NCBI RefSeq assembly: GCF_044704955.1
Contig: NC_091994.1
Location: 94,550,001-94,614,000, forward strand
Length of the DNA stretch: 64,000 nt
Direction: 5' to 3'
Origin: Pristiophorus japonicus
Taxonomy: Eukaryota
Positions 46,441 through 59,774 of this stretch are shown one piece after another. The position numbers and the translations under genes are program-made. The notes under the pieces were generated by a model. It saw only the letters and a list, made by a program, of their open reading frames with translations. It made no database searches and was not told where the DNA came from. Numbering within the stretch: the stretch's first letter is position 1; each line of letters starts with the position of its first letter.

Positions 46441-49400
46441 GGTAATATATTAGCATGGATTGAGAATTGGTTAACGGACAGAAAACATTTTTAGGATGGT
46501 AGCGTGTAACTAGTGGAGTGCAACAGAGATCAGTGCTGGGGCCTCAGCTATTTATAACCTATATCAATTTCTTAGATAAGGGACTGAGTGTAATATATCC
46601 AAGTTTGCTGAAAATACGAAGCTGGGTGGGAAAGTTAGCTGTGAGTAGGCCGTAAAGAGGCTGTGAAGGGATATAGACTGGTGGAGTATAATGTGGGAAA
46701 GTGTGAAATTATCCACTTTGGTAGGAACAATGGAAGAACAGAATATTTTTTAAAAGGTGAGAGATTAGTAAATATTGGGATTCAGAGGGATTTGAGCGGC
46801 TTTGTACACAAATCACAGAAAGTTAGTGTTATGTATGGAGAAAGAGTCAGACTGAACACTGTGAGCTCAAAGTAAAGTGTCAGCTTAGTCTTTTATTGCA
46901 GGTCTCCAGAGTGCCTCTCCAACCTGTGAGGCCTCCTTAAATACCTGTGCTCCCAAGGGATTATGGGATCATTTGGAATGCCAGGGGATGAGCCCTCCGG
47001 TGGCTGTACAGAGTAAATACAAGGTTACATATGTAACAACACCCCCCTCCACCCCCCCCCCCCCAAATCAATAGTGAACTTTTTATAATGTGAGTCGATC
47101 TGGGGTCCTTCTTGCCCTGGTTGATCATCTCGGTGTGAAAGCTGGTGTTGTTGAATCATTTTTTGGGCCCTCGCTGGGCTGTTGTGCAGCTGGCCTTGCT
47201 AGGCTGCCTGGTGTGTTGGGCCCTGCTGGGCTGCTGTAGATGATGGGTTCTGCTTCGTGGTCAACCTGGTGCCAGTTGCCACTGGTGTGTATGTTGGGGG
47301 ATCAAAAAAGGTCGGGTCCAAGGTGGGTTGCTCAGGATAGTCCGTGAATCTGAGTTTGATTTGGTCCAAGTGTTTCCATTGAATGAGTCCATTTGAAAGT
47401 TTGACCCGAAACACCCTGCTCCCCTCTGTGGCCACAACGGTGCCGGGAAGCCACTTGGGACCTTGTCCATAATTCAATACAAATACAGGATCATTGATTT
47501 CAATCTCGCGTGACACATTTGCGCTATCATGGTATGTACTTTGGCGAAGCCGCCTGCTCTCTACCTGTTCATGTAGATCAGGGTGAACTAACAAGAGCCT
47601 TGGCTTAAATGCTCTTTTCATGAGCAGTTCAGCAGGTGGGATCCCAGTGAGCGAGTGGGGTCTCGTGTGGCAGCTAAGCAGAACTTGGGATAGGCGAGTC
47701 TGTAGTGAGCCTTCAGTTACCCTCTTTAAGCCTTGCTTGATGATTTGCACTGCTCTCTCTGCCTGACCATTGGACACTGATTTAAACGGGGAAGATGTGA
47801 CATGTTTGATCCTGTTACGGGTCATGAATTCTTTGAACTCAGCACTGGTAAAACATGGTCCGTTGTCGCTCACCAGGACATTGGGTAAGCCATGAGTGGC
47901 AAACATGGCCCGCAGGCTATCAGTAGTGGTAGCGAACGTGCTAGCCGACATTATCTCACATTCAATCCACTTGGAATACGCGTCTACAACCACAAGGAAC
48001 ATTTTACCCAAGAACGGGCCTGCATAGTCGACGTGTACCCTGGACCACGGTTTGGAGGGCCAAGACCATACACTTAGTGGCGCCTCCCTGGGTACATTGC
48101 TTAACTGCGAGCATGTATTACATCTGTGAACACAGGAATCTAAGTCCGCATCGATACCGGGCCACCACACGTGGGATCTGGCTATCGCTTTCATCATTAC
48201 GATGCCTGGGTGGGTACTGTGGAGGTCATTGATGAAGGTGTTTCTGCCCTTCTTGGGGATCACTACTCGATTGCCTCACAGAAGGCAGTCTGCTTGTATA
48301 GACATTTCATCTTTGTGCCGCTGGAACGGCTTTATCTCTTCCTGCATTTCCACTGGGACACTGGACCAGCTCCCGTGAAGCACACAGCTTTTGACTCGAG
48401 ATAATAAGGGGTCCTGGCTTGTCCAGGTTTTGATCTGCCGAGTGACGGGTGATTGCTCACTCTCAAATGCTTCTATAACTATGGCTAGATCTACGGGCTG
48501 TGCCATTTCCACCCCCGTGGTGGGCAATGGCAGCCTACTGAGAGCATCGGCGCAGTTTTCTGTGCCTGGCCTGTGGCGGATGGCGTAGTTGTATGCGGAC
48601 AACATAAGCGCCCATCTCTGGATGCGGGCCGATGCGTTGGTATTTATTCCTTTACTCTCGGAAAACAGGGATATAAGTGGATTATGGTCAGTTTCCAATT
48701 CGAATTTTAGCCCAAACAGGTATTGATGCATTTTCTTTACCCCATAGACACACGCTAACACTTCTTTCTCAATCATGCTGTAGGCTCTCTCAGCCTTAGA
48801 CAGACTCCTGGGTGCATAAGCAATCGGTTGCAGTTTCCTGAAATCATTAGCTTGTTGCAATACACACCTGACGCCATATGACGACGCATCACATGCTAGT
48901 ACCAAACGCTTACATGGATCATACAACACAAGCAATTTGTTTGAGCATAACAATTTTCTCGCTTTTACAAAGGCATTTTCTTGGCTTTTGCCCCAAACCC
49001 ATTCATCCCCTTTACGTAGTAAGACATCTAACAATGTGCTGAGACCCGGTAAGAAGTTATCAAATAGTTCCGTCATGTTCTGTGGCTTTGTGCATTCTCG
49101 ATTGCCTCTGTCTTCGCGTTGGTGGGCCTGATGCCATCCGCCGCAATCCTCCTTCCCAAGAACTCCACTTCAGGCACCAAGAAAACGCACTTCGAGCGTT
49201 TTAACCTGAGCCCCACGCGGTTGAGTCGACTAAGAACCTCCTTCAGGTTCTGCAGGCACTCGACTGTGTTCCGACCTGTGACCAAGATGTCGTCCTGGAA
49301 GACCACGGTGTGCGGGACCGACTTCAGTAAGCTTTCCATGTTTCACTGGAATATCGCCGCCGCTGATTGGATTCTAAATGGGCATCTGTTATAAACAAAA

Positions 49401-52030
49401 AGACCTTTGTGCGTGTTGATGCAGGTGAGGGCCTTCGATGATTCCTTCAGTTCCTGCGTCATGTAGGCTGAAGTCAGATTCAGCTTCGTGAACGTCTTTC
49501 CTCCCGGCAGTGTTGCAAGGAGGTCGTCGGCTTTTGGTAGTGGGTATTGGTCCTGCAGGGAGAAACGATTGATAGTTACTTTGTAATCGCCACAGATTCT
49601 GATGGTGCCGTCTCCCTTGAGGACTGGGACGATAGGACTGGCCCACTCGTTGAACTCGATCGGGGAAATGATGCCCTCTCTTTGCAGCCGGTCTAGCTCG
49701 ATCTCTACCCTTACTGCTCTCGCCTTGTGATGGATGGGTCACGACCCCGGAATTAGGTGGATATGCACTTTTGCTCCTTGGAATTTCCTGATGCCTGGTT
49801 GGAACAGCGAAGGAAATTTGTTTAAGACCTGGGCACACGAAGTGTCGTCAGTGGGCGATAGCGCTCGGACGTCGTCCCAGTTCCAGCGTATCTTTCCCAG
49901 CCAGCTCCTGCCAAGCAGCATAGGACCATTGCCCGGTACCACCCAGAGTGGTAGTTTGTGGACTGCTCCATTGTAAGAAACCTTTACAGTAGCACTGCCA
50001 ATTACAGGAATCAGTTCTTTTGTGTAAGTTCTTAGTTTTGTGCGAACTGGAGTTAAGACTGGCCTTGAGGCCTTGTTGCACCACAACCTTTCGAAAGTCT
50101 TTTTGCCCATGATGGACTGGCCCATGCCCGTGTCCAGCTCCATTGACACCGGGAGTTCATTTAGTTCAACATTCAGCATTATCGGGGGACAATTCGTGGT
50201 GAATGTGTGCACCCGATGTACCTCTGCCTCCTCGGTCTGAGGCTTTGGTTCGTCATGAACCTCTGTGGATCTGTCCTCCTCTGCAACATGGTGGTTTGCA
50301 GGTTTAACAGGATTTTCAGCTCGCCTGCACACTCGTTGGAGGTTTCCCATTGTTCCACAGCCCTTGAAAACGTACCCTTTGAATCGGCATGAATGGAAAC
50401 GATGATCACCCCCGCAGCGGCAATAAGGTGTTAATGGCCTTGCATTCATCACCCTTGATGGTGGACTCTGAGTCATCTGCAGATGTGTAGCTGCAGGTAT
50501 GTGTGACCTGCCCTGTACGTTACGATTCGAAAACAACATCACTTTGTTCACAGTATTTGTAGCAGCACTTGTGTGCTGAGAGATTTGCTTCGTATTGTCA
50601 CTGGTGGCAATGAATGCCTGGGCTATCGCTATGGCCTTACTCAAGGTTGGGGTCTCTACAGTCAAAAGTTTGCGAAGTATGGTTTCGTGACCAATGCCAA
50701 GAACGAAAAAGTCTCTGAGCATGTGCTCCAAATGTCCTTCAAATTCGCAATGTCCTGCAAGGCGTTTTAGCTCGGCGACATAACTCGCCACTTCCTGACC
50801 TTCAGACCTTTTGTAGGTGTAGAACCGGTACCTCACCGTCAGAACGCTTTCCTTCAGGTTCAAATGCTCTCGGACCTGTGTGCACAAATCGTCGTACGAT
50901 TTCTCCGTGGGTTTTGCTGGAGTTAGCAGATTCTTCATGAGGCCATACGTTGGTGCCCTAGAGATGGTGAGGAGGATCGCCCTTCGTTTGGCAGCGTTCT
51001 CTTCCCCATCCAGCTTGTTGGCCACGAAGTATTGGTCGAGTCGCTCCACAAAAGTTTCCCAATCATTCCCCTCTGAGAATTTCTCCAGGATGCCCACTGT
51101 TCTCTGCATCTTTGGGTTCGCTATCAGTATCTCGTCACCAGTTGTTATGCATGGAGAAAGAGTCGGACTGAACACTGTGTGCTCAAAGTAAAGTGTCACT
51201 TTAGTCTTTTATTGCAGGTCTTCAGAGTGCCTCTCCAACCTGTGAGGCCTCCTTAAATGCCTGTGCTCCCAAGGGATTATGGGATCCCCTTGGGACTCCA
51301 GGGGATGAGCCCTCTGGTGGCTATACAGAGTAAATACAAGTTTATATATATAAAACAGTTAGCATGCAGGCACTGGAAGTAATTAGGAAGGCAAATGTTA
51401 TGTTAACTTTTATTGCAAAGTGAGGTGCAGTATAGGATTAAGGAACTCTTGCTGCAATTATATCAGGTTTTGCTGAGGCCACACCTGGAGTATTGTGTAC
51501 AGTTTTGGTCTCCTTGCCTAAGGAAGGATATACTTGCCTTAGACGGGGTGCAATGAGGGTTCACTAAATTGATTTCTGAGATGAGAGGACTATCCTATGA
51601 GGAGTGATTGAGTAGAATGGGCCTATATTCTCTGGAGTTTAGAAGAATGAGAGATGATCTAATTGAAACATAAAATTCTTAGATGGCTTGACAGGGTAGA
51701 TGCTGAGAGGCTGTATCTCTGACTGCAGAGTCTAGAACTAGGGCATAGTCTATGGATAAGCGGTCGGCCATTTAGGACTGAGATGAGGAGAAATTTCTTC
51801 ACTCAGCAGGCTGTGAATCTTTGGAATTCTCTACCTCAGAGGGCTGTGGATGCACAGTCGTTGAGTATACTCAAGACAGGGATCGATAGAATTTTTGACA
51901 CTAAGGGAATCAAGGGTGGGAAAATGGAGTCGATGTAAAAGTTCAGCCATGATCTTTATTGAATGGTGGAGCAGGCTCGAGGGGCTGTATGGCCGACTCC
52001 TGCCCCTATTTTTTATGTTCTTACGTTCTT
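46441..52030 (+). mobile_element. Older CR1 split by Gypsy insertion; pieces 46441-46826 and 51358-52030
   Basis: CR1 RT sequence (YNVGKCEIIHFG) continues across the Gypsy; 3' tail ttatgttcttacgttctt. Confidence 0.88.
46827..51357 (-). mobile_element. Full-length Gypsy LTR retrotransposon (Mag-like), disrupted gag-pol
   Basis: LTRs 46827-47038 and 51143-51357 (TG...CA); perfect TSD GTTAG; PBS TGGTGACGAG (51131-51140); gag-PR ORF 49739-51199 (LDTG), RT FQDDILV, RNaseH, integrase 47199-48263. Confidence 0.95.
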
Positions 52031-52391
52031 AGTAAAGCTACCTCTACATTATCCCATCAAACACTCCCAAACTGCAAAGATAATGCTAGTTTTTTACTCT
52101 CGGCTCTAAGCCATGAGGAAATAGAATGAGATGGTCCAAACACTTTCCACAAAGCAAGCGGCATGATTCAGCAGACTTCCAGCCAATCACTGTGAGTCGG
52201 ACAAACCCAGGCCCTGCAGTTGCAAGGCCAATGTCTAATCCACTGTGGCACCCAGCTTTGTTTCAACATGTACATTGTTTACACTGTGAGGTTGATTTGG
52301 CAGCAACTACACACATGCAATTGCTATATAATTGAATTGGTGACTTTGATATTGTGCCTATGGAACTCCTTTGCTATCAAGGGCAGGTTAA

Positions 52392-52785
52392 GTGTCAGCC
52401 GTGGCTCAGTCACAGCACTTCTCCCTCCGTGTCAGAATGTCATGGGTGTCAGTCCCCACTCCAGAGACTTGAGCACACAATCCAGGCTGACACTCCAGTG
52501 CAGTGCTGAGGGAGCGCCGCACTGTCAGAGGTGCCGTCTTTCAGATGAGACGTTAACCCGTCTGCCGTCTCAGCTAGATGTAAAAGATCCCACGGCACAA
52601 TTTTGAAGACGAGCGGGGGAGTTATCCCCGATGTCCTGGCAAATATTTAATCCTCAATCAACATAACAAAAACAGATTATCTGGTCATTATCACATTGCT
52701 GTTTGTGGGATCTTGCTGTGCACAAATTGGTTTCCGACATTACAACAGTGACTACACTTCAATAAAGCACATACTTGGCTGTAAA
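52392..52785 (+). mobile_element. Deu-domain tRNA SINE (SacSINE1-like)
   Basis: tRNA-like head (gtggctcagt...agtccccactcc) plus Deu core gtgcagtgctgagggagcgccgcactgtcagaggtgccgtctttcagatgagacgtt. Confidence 0.85.
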
Positions 52786-52904
52786 CCACCAATGTGCCTC
52801 CTGGGGCAGTGCCAGAACATAGACCGGGGATTAAACCGTGATCCCAGCACCAGGTGACAACAGTTCGAACCCAGGGCATCTTTATTCACAACAAGGTTTA
52901 CGAA

Positions 52905-54030
52905 TATAAGAACATAAGAAATAGGAACAGGAGGAGGCCATATGGCCCCTCGATCTTGCTCCGTCATTCAATAAGATCATGGCTGATCTAATCATGGACT
53001 TAGCTCCACTTCCCTGCCCGCTCCCCATAACCCCTTATCATTTAAGAAACTGTCTACTTCTGTCTTAAATTTATTCAATGTCCCAGCTTCCACAGCTCTC
53101 TGAGGCAGCGAATTCCACAGATTTACAACCCTCTGAGAGAAGAAATTTCTCCTCATCTCTGTTTTAAATGGGCGGCGCCTTATTCTAAGATCGTGCCCTC
53201 TAGTTCTAGTCTCCCCCATCAGTGGAAACATCTTCTCTACATCCACCGTGTCAAGCCCCCTCATAATCTTATGCGAATCGATAAGATCACCTCTCATTCT
53301 TCTGAATTCCAATGAGTAGAGGTCCAACCTACTCAACCTTTCCTCATAAGTCAACCCCCTCATCCCCGAAATCAACCTAGTGAACCGTCTCTGAACTGCC
53401 TCCAAAGCAAGTATATCCTTTTGTAAACATGGAAACCAAAACTGCACGCAGTATTCCAGGTGTGGCCTCACCAATACCTTACATAGCTGTAGTAAGATTT
53501 CCCTGCTTTTATACTCCATTTCCTTTGCAATAAAGGCCAAGATACCATTGGCCTTGCTGAGCACTTGCTGTACCTGCATACTATCCTTTTGTGTTTCATG
53601 CACAAGTACCCCCAGGTCCTGTTGTACTGGGGAACTTTGCAATCTTTCTCCATTTAAATAATAACTTGCTCTTTGATTTTTTTTCTGCCAAAGTGCATGA
53701 CCTCACACTTTCCAACATTATACTCCATCTGCCAAATTTTTGCCCACTCACTTAGTCTGTCTATGTCCTTTTGCAGATTTTTTGTGTCTTCCTCACACAT
53801 TGTTTTTCCTCCCATCTTTGTGTCGTCGGCAAACTTGGCTACGTTACACTCAGTCCCTTCTTCCAAGTCGTTAATATAGATTGTAAATAGTTGAGGCCCC
53901 AACACTGATCCCTGTGGCACCCCACTAGTTACTGGTTGCCAACCAGAGAATGACCCATTTATCCTGACTCTCAGTTAGTTAGCCAATCCTCTATCCATGC
54001 TAATATATTACCCCCAACTCCGTGAACTTT
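52905..54030 (-). mobile_element. 5'-truncated CR1
   Basis: [22 protein letters not shown], 3' tail at 52905. Confidence 0.92.
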
Positions 54031-54197
54031 TAAAGGTTTGTAGGAGAGAAAAATACCCGAGCTGTCTGTTTACTGTCGCCAATTTTGGATTGGCTCTGCG
54101 TTATTGCAAAAGATCAGAGAAACAAAACCTGACAGACCAATTGCAAAATTAGCTTAAATCGAACTGATGAATGGGACAGTACGTCTTGGAGAGCAAT

Positions 54198-54590
54198 AGA
54201 ATATTACATCGATATTACAGTTCAGAAACAGGCCATTCGGCCCAAATGGTCCATGCAGTGTTTCTGCTCCACACAAGCCTGCTCCCACCCAACTTCATCT
54301 CACCCCATCACCATATCCTTCTATCCCTTTCTCCCACATGCACTTACTTAGCTTCCCCTTAATGCATCTATGCTATTCACCTCAACCACTCACTGTGGTA
54401 GCAAGTTTCATATTTTATCCACTCTCGGTAAAGAAGTTTCTCCTGAATTCCCGATTGGATTTATTAGTGACCATCTTATATTTATGGCCCCTAGTTTTGA
54501 ACTCGCCTACAAATGAAAACATCTTCTCTATGTCTACCCTATCGAATCCTTTCATAATTTTAAAGACCTCTATCAGGTCACCTCTCAGCT
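54198..54590 (-). mobile_element. CR1 3'-end fragment
   Basis: gaaacaggccattcggccca 3'UTR; ORF2 end (taattttaaagacctctatcaggtcacctct). Confidence 0.8.
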
Positions 54591-54654
54591 TTATACCAGT
54601 AACTGAACACAGCTTCAGTGTGGAGAAAGAGTAGGGAAATGGGGATCGAGGCTA

Positions 54655-55322
54655 CTTGAGCACAAAGATGTACACTGACACTCCAGTGCAGTACTGAGGG
54701 AGTGCTACACTGTTGGAGGTGCTGTCTTTCGGATGAGACGTTAAAGCGAGGCCCTGTTTGCTCTCTCAGCTGGATGTAAAAGATCCCATGGTACTATTTC
54801 GTAGGGGAGTTATCCCTGGTGTCCTGGCCAATATTTATCCCTCAGTCAACATCAGTAAAAAAAAAACAGATTATCTGATCATTATCACATTGCTGTTTGT
54901 GCCAGCCCACACTGTGATATGTGCGCGCACTAGGTCCGTGCAGCAGAGTTGGTCTCCGGTCTTGGTTAATTTTTGCCACTGGACCAAGACCTAGCTCTGT
55001 CAATCCCATGTGGTGGTTGGTGTGTAACGGCCACCACATGTTAAAAAAAATCCACGCACAGGCATCTTCCACCCTTCAATATCAGGTCCTTCATTGAAAA
55101 TTCTGTGACCTCATCCCTTTTCAGTGTGGAAGCAAGTCATCCTCGATACGAGAGACCGTCTAAGAAGAAGTTTGTGGGAGCTTGCTGTGCGCAAATTGGC
55201 TGCCGCGTTTCCTACATTACAACAGTGACTACATTTCAAAAAGTACTTCATTGGCTGTAAAGCGCTTTGGGATGTCTGGTGGTTGTGAAAGGCGCTATAT
55301 AAATGCAAGTCTTTTCTTCTTT
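54655..55322 (+). mobile_element. Deu-domain SINE split by the insertion at 54901-55170
   Basis: Deu core 54680-54900 resumes at 55171 (tttgtgggagcttgctgtgcgc); further tail fragments to 55580. Confidence 0.85.
54901..55170 (+). mobile_element. Bipartite RTE-derived retroposon with (AAG)n tail
   Basis: Homologous to 113-402; TSD tttgt on both sides. Confidence 0.85.
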
Positions 55323-55934
55323 CTAATTGTGTTGCTGCTTCTGCATACCCTCTTTTTAATGTTTCCTACATTACAACAGTGACTACACTGCAAAAGTACT
55401 TCACAACCACGACAACTTGCATTTATATAGCGCCTTTAACATAGTAAAACATCCCTAGATGCTTCACAGGAGCAATTATCAAACAGGATTTGACACCGAA
55501 ACGCATATTCACTGGCTGTAAAGGTCTCTGGGATGTCCTGAGGTTGTGAAAGGCACTATATAAATACAAGTCTTTTCTTTTTTCCTTTTCTCTTGAGGAA
55601 TAACCACAAGACGTTGATAATTTTAAAGGTAGCCCAGAAAGTGTATCTTGGGTTCATTTCAGGGATGTACAATTTGATTCTGGCGTCAGTTCCCAAATAC
55701 AACAGTGATGGAGACTGAGCACCAAACATATGATTCGTGTTTATTCCATGTTCTTGCAGACAATCTTAATTGAAATGTTAATTACACGGATGATAATTGC
55801 TGAGCAATGTTTTATACATCGAGGGCATTCTTTGGTCAGGCTTTCAGGACTAATAATCAGTAATACGCATTTTTATATAATAATTTTATAATCTGTATAA
55901 GCCCCCTCCACATTGCTCCTTTCCTCTCCTCATC

Positions 55935-56168
55935 GCTAGAGACATCAAAGCCAGGTTTGATCCTGTTCCCATAGCGCACTTTACAGCAAGGGTTACTGGG
56001 TGGTGATCAGGAGCAGGAGCCTGGCTAATTTCTACCTCATTGATGCTGAGGCCAATTGTAACACTACCCAAGCTGAGATCAGCAAAATTAACACAGACCA
56101 GACACTGAACTTGGGACCTCACTGATCTGCATGACTCAGCACTACACCATTTACCATCTGAGCCATCA
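55935..56168 (-). mobile_element. AmnSINE2-like tRNA-derived SINE
   Basis: Reverse complement: gatggctcagatggtaaat...aggtcccaagttcagtgtctggtctgtg...gctgatctcagc...tacaattggcctcagc...agccaggctcctgctcctgatc. Confidence 0.65.
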
Positions 56169-56410
56169 TGAGCATGATATGAACCCTTTATTAAGTGTAA
56201 CATTTTTCACAGAGGGGCAGAGGGGAGGGAGAATTGCTTTACACTGAAAGTACATCCTCAGCCAACTGGGCTCTTCAAGCTTTCTTTGTATTAACCCTCA
56301 CTCAGTGCACTAATATCCTTTAGGGAAGGAAACCTGCGGTCTGATCTATAGTGACTCCAGACACATACCAACATGATTAACTTTTAACTTTGGAATAAGT
56401 ACCAGCCTTG

Positions 56411-56505
56411 CTAGATTTTGTGCTCAAGTCTCTGAAATGGGACTTGAACCCACGACCTTCTGACTCTGAGGCGAGAGCGCTCGTCATGTAACCACAGCTG
56501 ACACC
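56411..56505 (-). mobile_element. tRNA-like head of Deu-SINE
   Basis: Reverse complement of gtcagctgtggtt...ctctcgcctcagagtcagaaggtcgtgggttcaagtccca. Confidence 0.75.
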
Positions 56506-56509
56506 ACAC

Positions 56510-58410
56510 CAAAAGAATTAAGAAAAAGATTAGGAGAAATTTTTTGATGCAGAGGGTTGTTAAGACATACGATTCCTGACCAGGAACAGTGGTGGAAGCA
56601 AAATGTATAATAGCTTTGAAAAAAGGTAAAGAATAAATATTTGAAAAAAACACATAAAAGGGTCTGTGGGAAGGGCGGGGAGTGGGACTAATTGGATAGC
56701 TACACATATTTAATAATTAATTAGAAAAAGGTGTAGTGCCAGAGGACTGGTGGATAACTAACATAATATCCTATATTTAAGAAGGGAGATAGAACATGTC
56801 CAGGGAATTATAACTTAATATCGCTGGTAGGAAAAATAATGGAATTCCTACTAAAGAAGAAAATAGAAGAACATCTAGAAGCCAAAAATATAATAATGAA
56901 TAGTCAGAATGGATTTCATAGAAACATAGACATAGAAAATAGGTGCAGGAGTAGGCCATTCGGCCCTTCTAGCCTGCACCGCCATTCAATGAGTTCATGG
57001 CTGAACATGCAACTTCAGTACCTCATTCCTGCTTTCTCGCCATACCCCTTGATCCCCCTAGTAGTAAGGACTTCATCTAACTCTTTTTTGAATATATTGA
57101 GTGAATTGGCCTCAACAACTTTCTGTGGTAGAGAATTCCACAGGTTCACCACTCTCTGGGTGAAAAGATCTTGCTTGACCAACCTCATTGAATTTTTTGA
57201 AGAGGTAACAGAGAGAATAGATCAGGATAATGCGGTAGATGTAATTTATCTAGATTTTCAAAAGGCCTTTGATAAGGTAGCCCATAATAGACTAATGAAT
57301 ATGGGCAGTGAATGTAGAGATAGGGGACAAGTAGCAGAATGGATCGCTAGCTGGAAACAGAAAACAGTGAGTAGGATTAAAGGGTAGCTATTTAAAGTGA
57401 CAGAAGGTGGGTAGTGGTGTTCCACAAGGATCTAGGACCATTGTTGTTCACAATTTATATTAACAATTTAGACTTTGGAATCAGAAACACAATTTCTAAA
57501 TTTGCGGAATACACCAAATTGGGGGGGATGGTCAATACTGAGGAGAACTGTAACAAATTACAGGAAGATATGAATAAACCTGCAGAATGGGCATATAATT
57601 GGAAAATAAAATTTAACACAGATAAATGTGAGATACTACATTTTAGTAGGAATAGGGACGTCACATTACTTGAAGGGTGCAGGTGGGGTAGAGGAGCAAA
57701 TGATCTCGGAGTACAATGACACAAATCACTGACAGCAATGATACAGGTTAATAAGGCCATAAAAAAGCAAAGCAGGCACGAGGATTTATTTCGAGAGGGA
57801 TAGAATTGAAAAGTAGTGAAGTTATGCTAAACTTATATCAAACCTTGGTTAGATCACACATGGATAATGTGTACAATTCTAGTCGCCATATTATAAGAAG
57901 GATATAGAGGCACTGGAGAGGATGCAGAGAAGATTTACAAGGATAATACCAGAAATGCGAATGTCTACCTATTAGGAAAGGTTGAACAGGCTGGGTCTCT
58001 TTTCTCTTGAAAAAAGAAGGCTGAGGGGTGACCTAATTGAGGTCTTTAAAATTATGAAAGGTTTTGATAGAGTAGATTCAGAAAGAATGTTTCCATGTGG
58101 GGAAGAGCATAACTAGAGACCATCAATACAAGATAATCACCAAGAAATACAATCGGGAATTCAGAAGAAACATCTTTACCCAAAGAGTGGTGAGAATGTG
58201 GAACTCGCTACCCTAGGGAGTAGTTGTGACAGATAGTATAGATGCATTTAAGGGGAGGCTAGATAAGCACATGAGGGAGAAGGGAATAGAGGGTTATGCT
58301 GATAGTTAGATGAGGAAAGATGGGAGGAGGCTTGAGAGGCGCATAAACGCCGGCATGGACTGGTTGGGCCGAATGGCCTGTTTCTGTGCCGTATATCAAA
58401 TGTAATCCTA
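56510..58410 (+). mobile_element. Old CR1 fragments (56510-56702; 56725-58410) with a nested minus-strand CR1 tail at 56917-57162
   Basis: SCLTNLIEFF, YLDFQKAFDKV, KFAEYTKLGG; inner (catagaaa)n tail in opposite orientation. Confidence 0.85.
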
Positions 58411-59266
58411 AGTAGTCACAGGCTATACATCTCTGTTCAGATCACCACTGGGAATTAAAACTTGGGTTTTCTGACCTGTCTGTAGCCCTCCGTTCCTATC
58501 TTCCTGATACACACTCGATCAGTATGTAAACACCTGGTGTTTCCCCAGTAGGATCGGAGAGAGCGCAATGCTGCAATGTCCCTCTTGCTCTTCCTCCTCC
58601 CTGTAACCTCTGTGTGGAAATGAATGTTCACCACACTTCTGCAGCTCTTAACACTTTCTTTCCCAAACCTCAAAATTGTGGAACTCATCACCTCCCTCCG
58701 TCTCTCTCCTTCCTCCTTCATTCCTTCCTTCCTTCCTTCCTTCCTTCCTTTAAAGACTTTAAAAACTCAATCCTGTCATCACCTAGTCAATATTTCTCTA
58801 TTGCACCTTCTTCTCCCTCACTCCTTACTACCCTGGTATCTCCTTTTACAGGCCTTTGTCATTCCCTTTGGTTCCCCAATGAAAAACTGCAGCAAGCATG
58901 CAAAATGTTAAATACAAGGCCAGCTAGTGACTGAAGGTAAACTGGGAAGACCTCAGTGTGATCCTGAGAGACTGTGCTTGGTACTGGTCATACCCGCTCG
59001 AACAATGTAGTCTCGGTAGGAGGTGACTATATAAATGGAAATTTTGCTTTTAAAGCCTTTACTTCCTGGAAGGAATGCAAGTGCATGCTTTAATTTCACC
59101 AAGGATACCTCATAAATTTTAGAAATAAAACACTTAACCAATCAATCACCTCACCACTCCCTTTGGAGAGAGTTACACAAAGTAGTATGCACACGCTGAA
59201 AGAGAAAAACTCACAAAGCAGGTTTGATCCCCATCCTATGCTAACATTAGCAGAATGCAGATGGGA

Positions 59267-59671
59267 CTTCAGGGGAGGAGGGGGTCCTGAACCCCAGTGA
59301 GAGTCAGCACCTTCAGGGGAGGAGGGTATCTGAACCCCAGTGAGAGTCAGCACCTTCAGGGGAGGAGGGGATCTGAACCCCAGTGAGAGTCAGCACCTTC
59401 AGGGGAGGGGGGGATCTGAACCCCAGTGAGAGTCAGCACCTTCAGGGGAGGAGGGGATCTGAACCCCAGTGAGAGTCAGCACCTTCAGGGGAGGAGGGGA
59501 TCTGAACCCCAGTGAGAGTCAGCACCTTCAGGGGAGATGGGGACCCTGACCCCCAGTGAGAGTCAGCACTTTCAGGAGGGGAGGAACCTGAACCCCAGTG
59601 AGAGTCAGCACCTTCAGGGGAGGAGGGGATTTGAACCCCAGTGAGAGTCAGCACCTTCAGGGGAGGAGGGG
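59267..59671. repeat. 43-bp tandem repeat, ~9 copies
   Basis: Unit ccttcaggggaggaggggatctgaaccccagtgagagtcagca. Confidence 0.97.
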
Positions 59672-59774
59672 ACAGAAGGGGAATAAAATTGGAGGGATTA
59701 GTGGGAGAGTCGAATTGCCAAGACTCCTTCGAAATAGTGACTCTCTATCCAACAGCAATTACTCTCCCTCGGGT

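Noticed and set aside
52392-52470. tRNA gene
   Set aside because: tRNA-like head of a Deu-SINE with no complete cloverleaf; same for 56411-56505 and 56100-56168.
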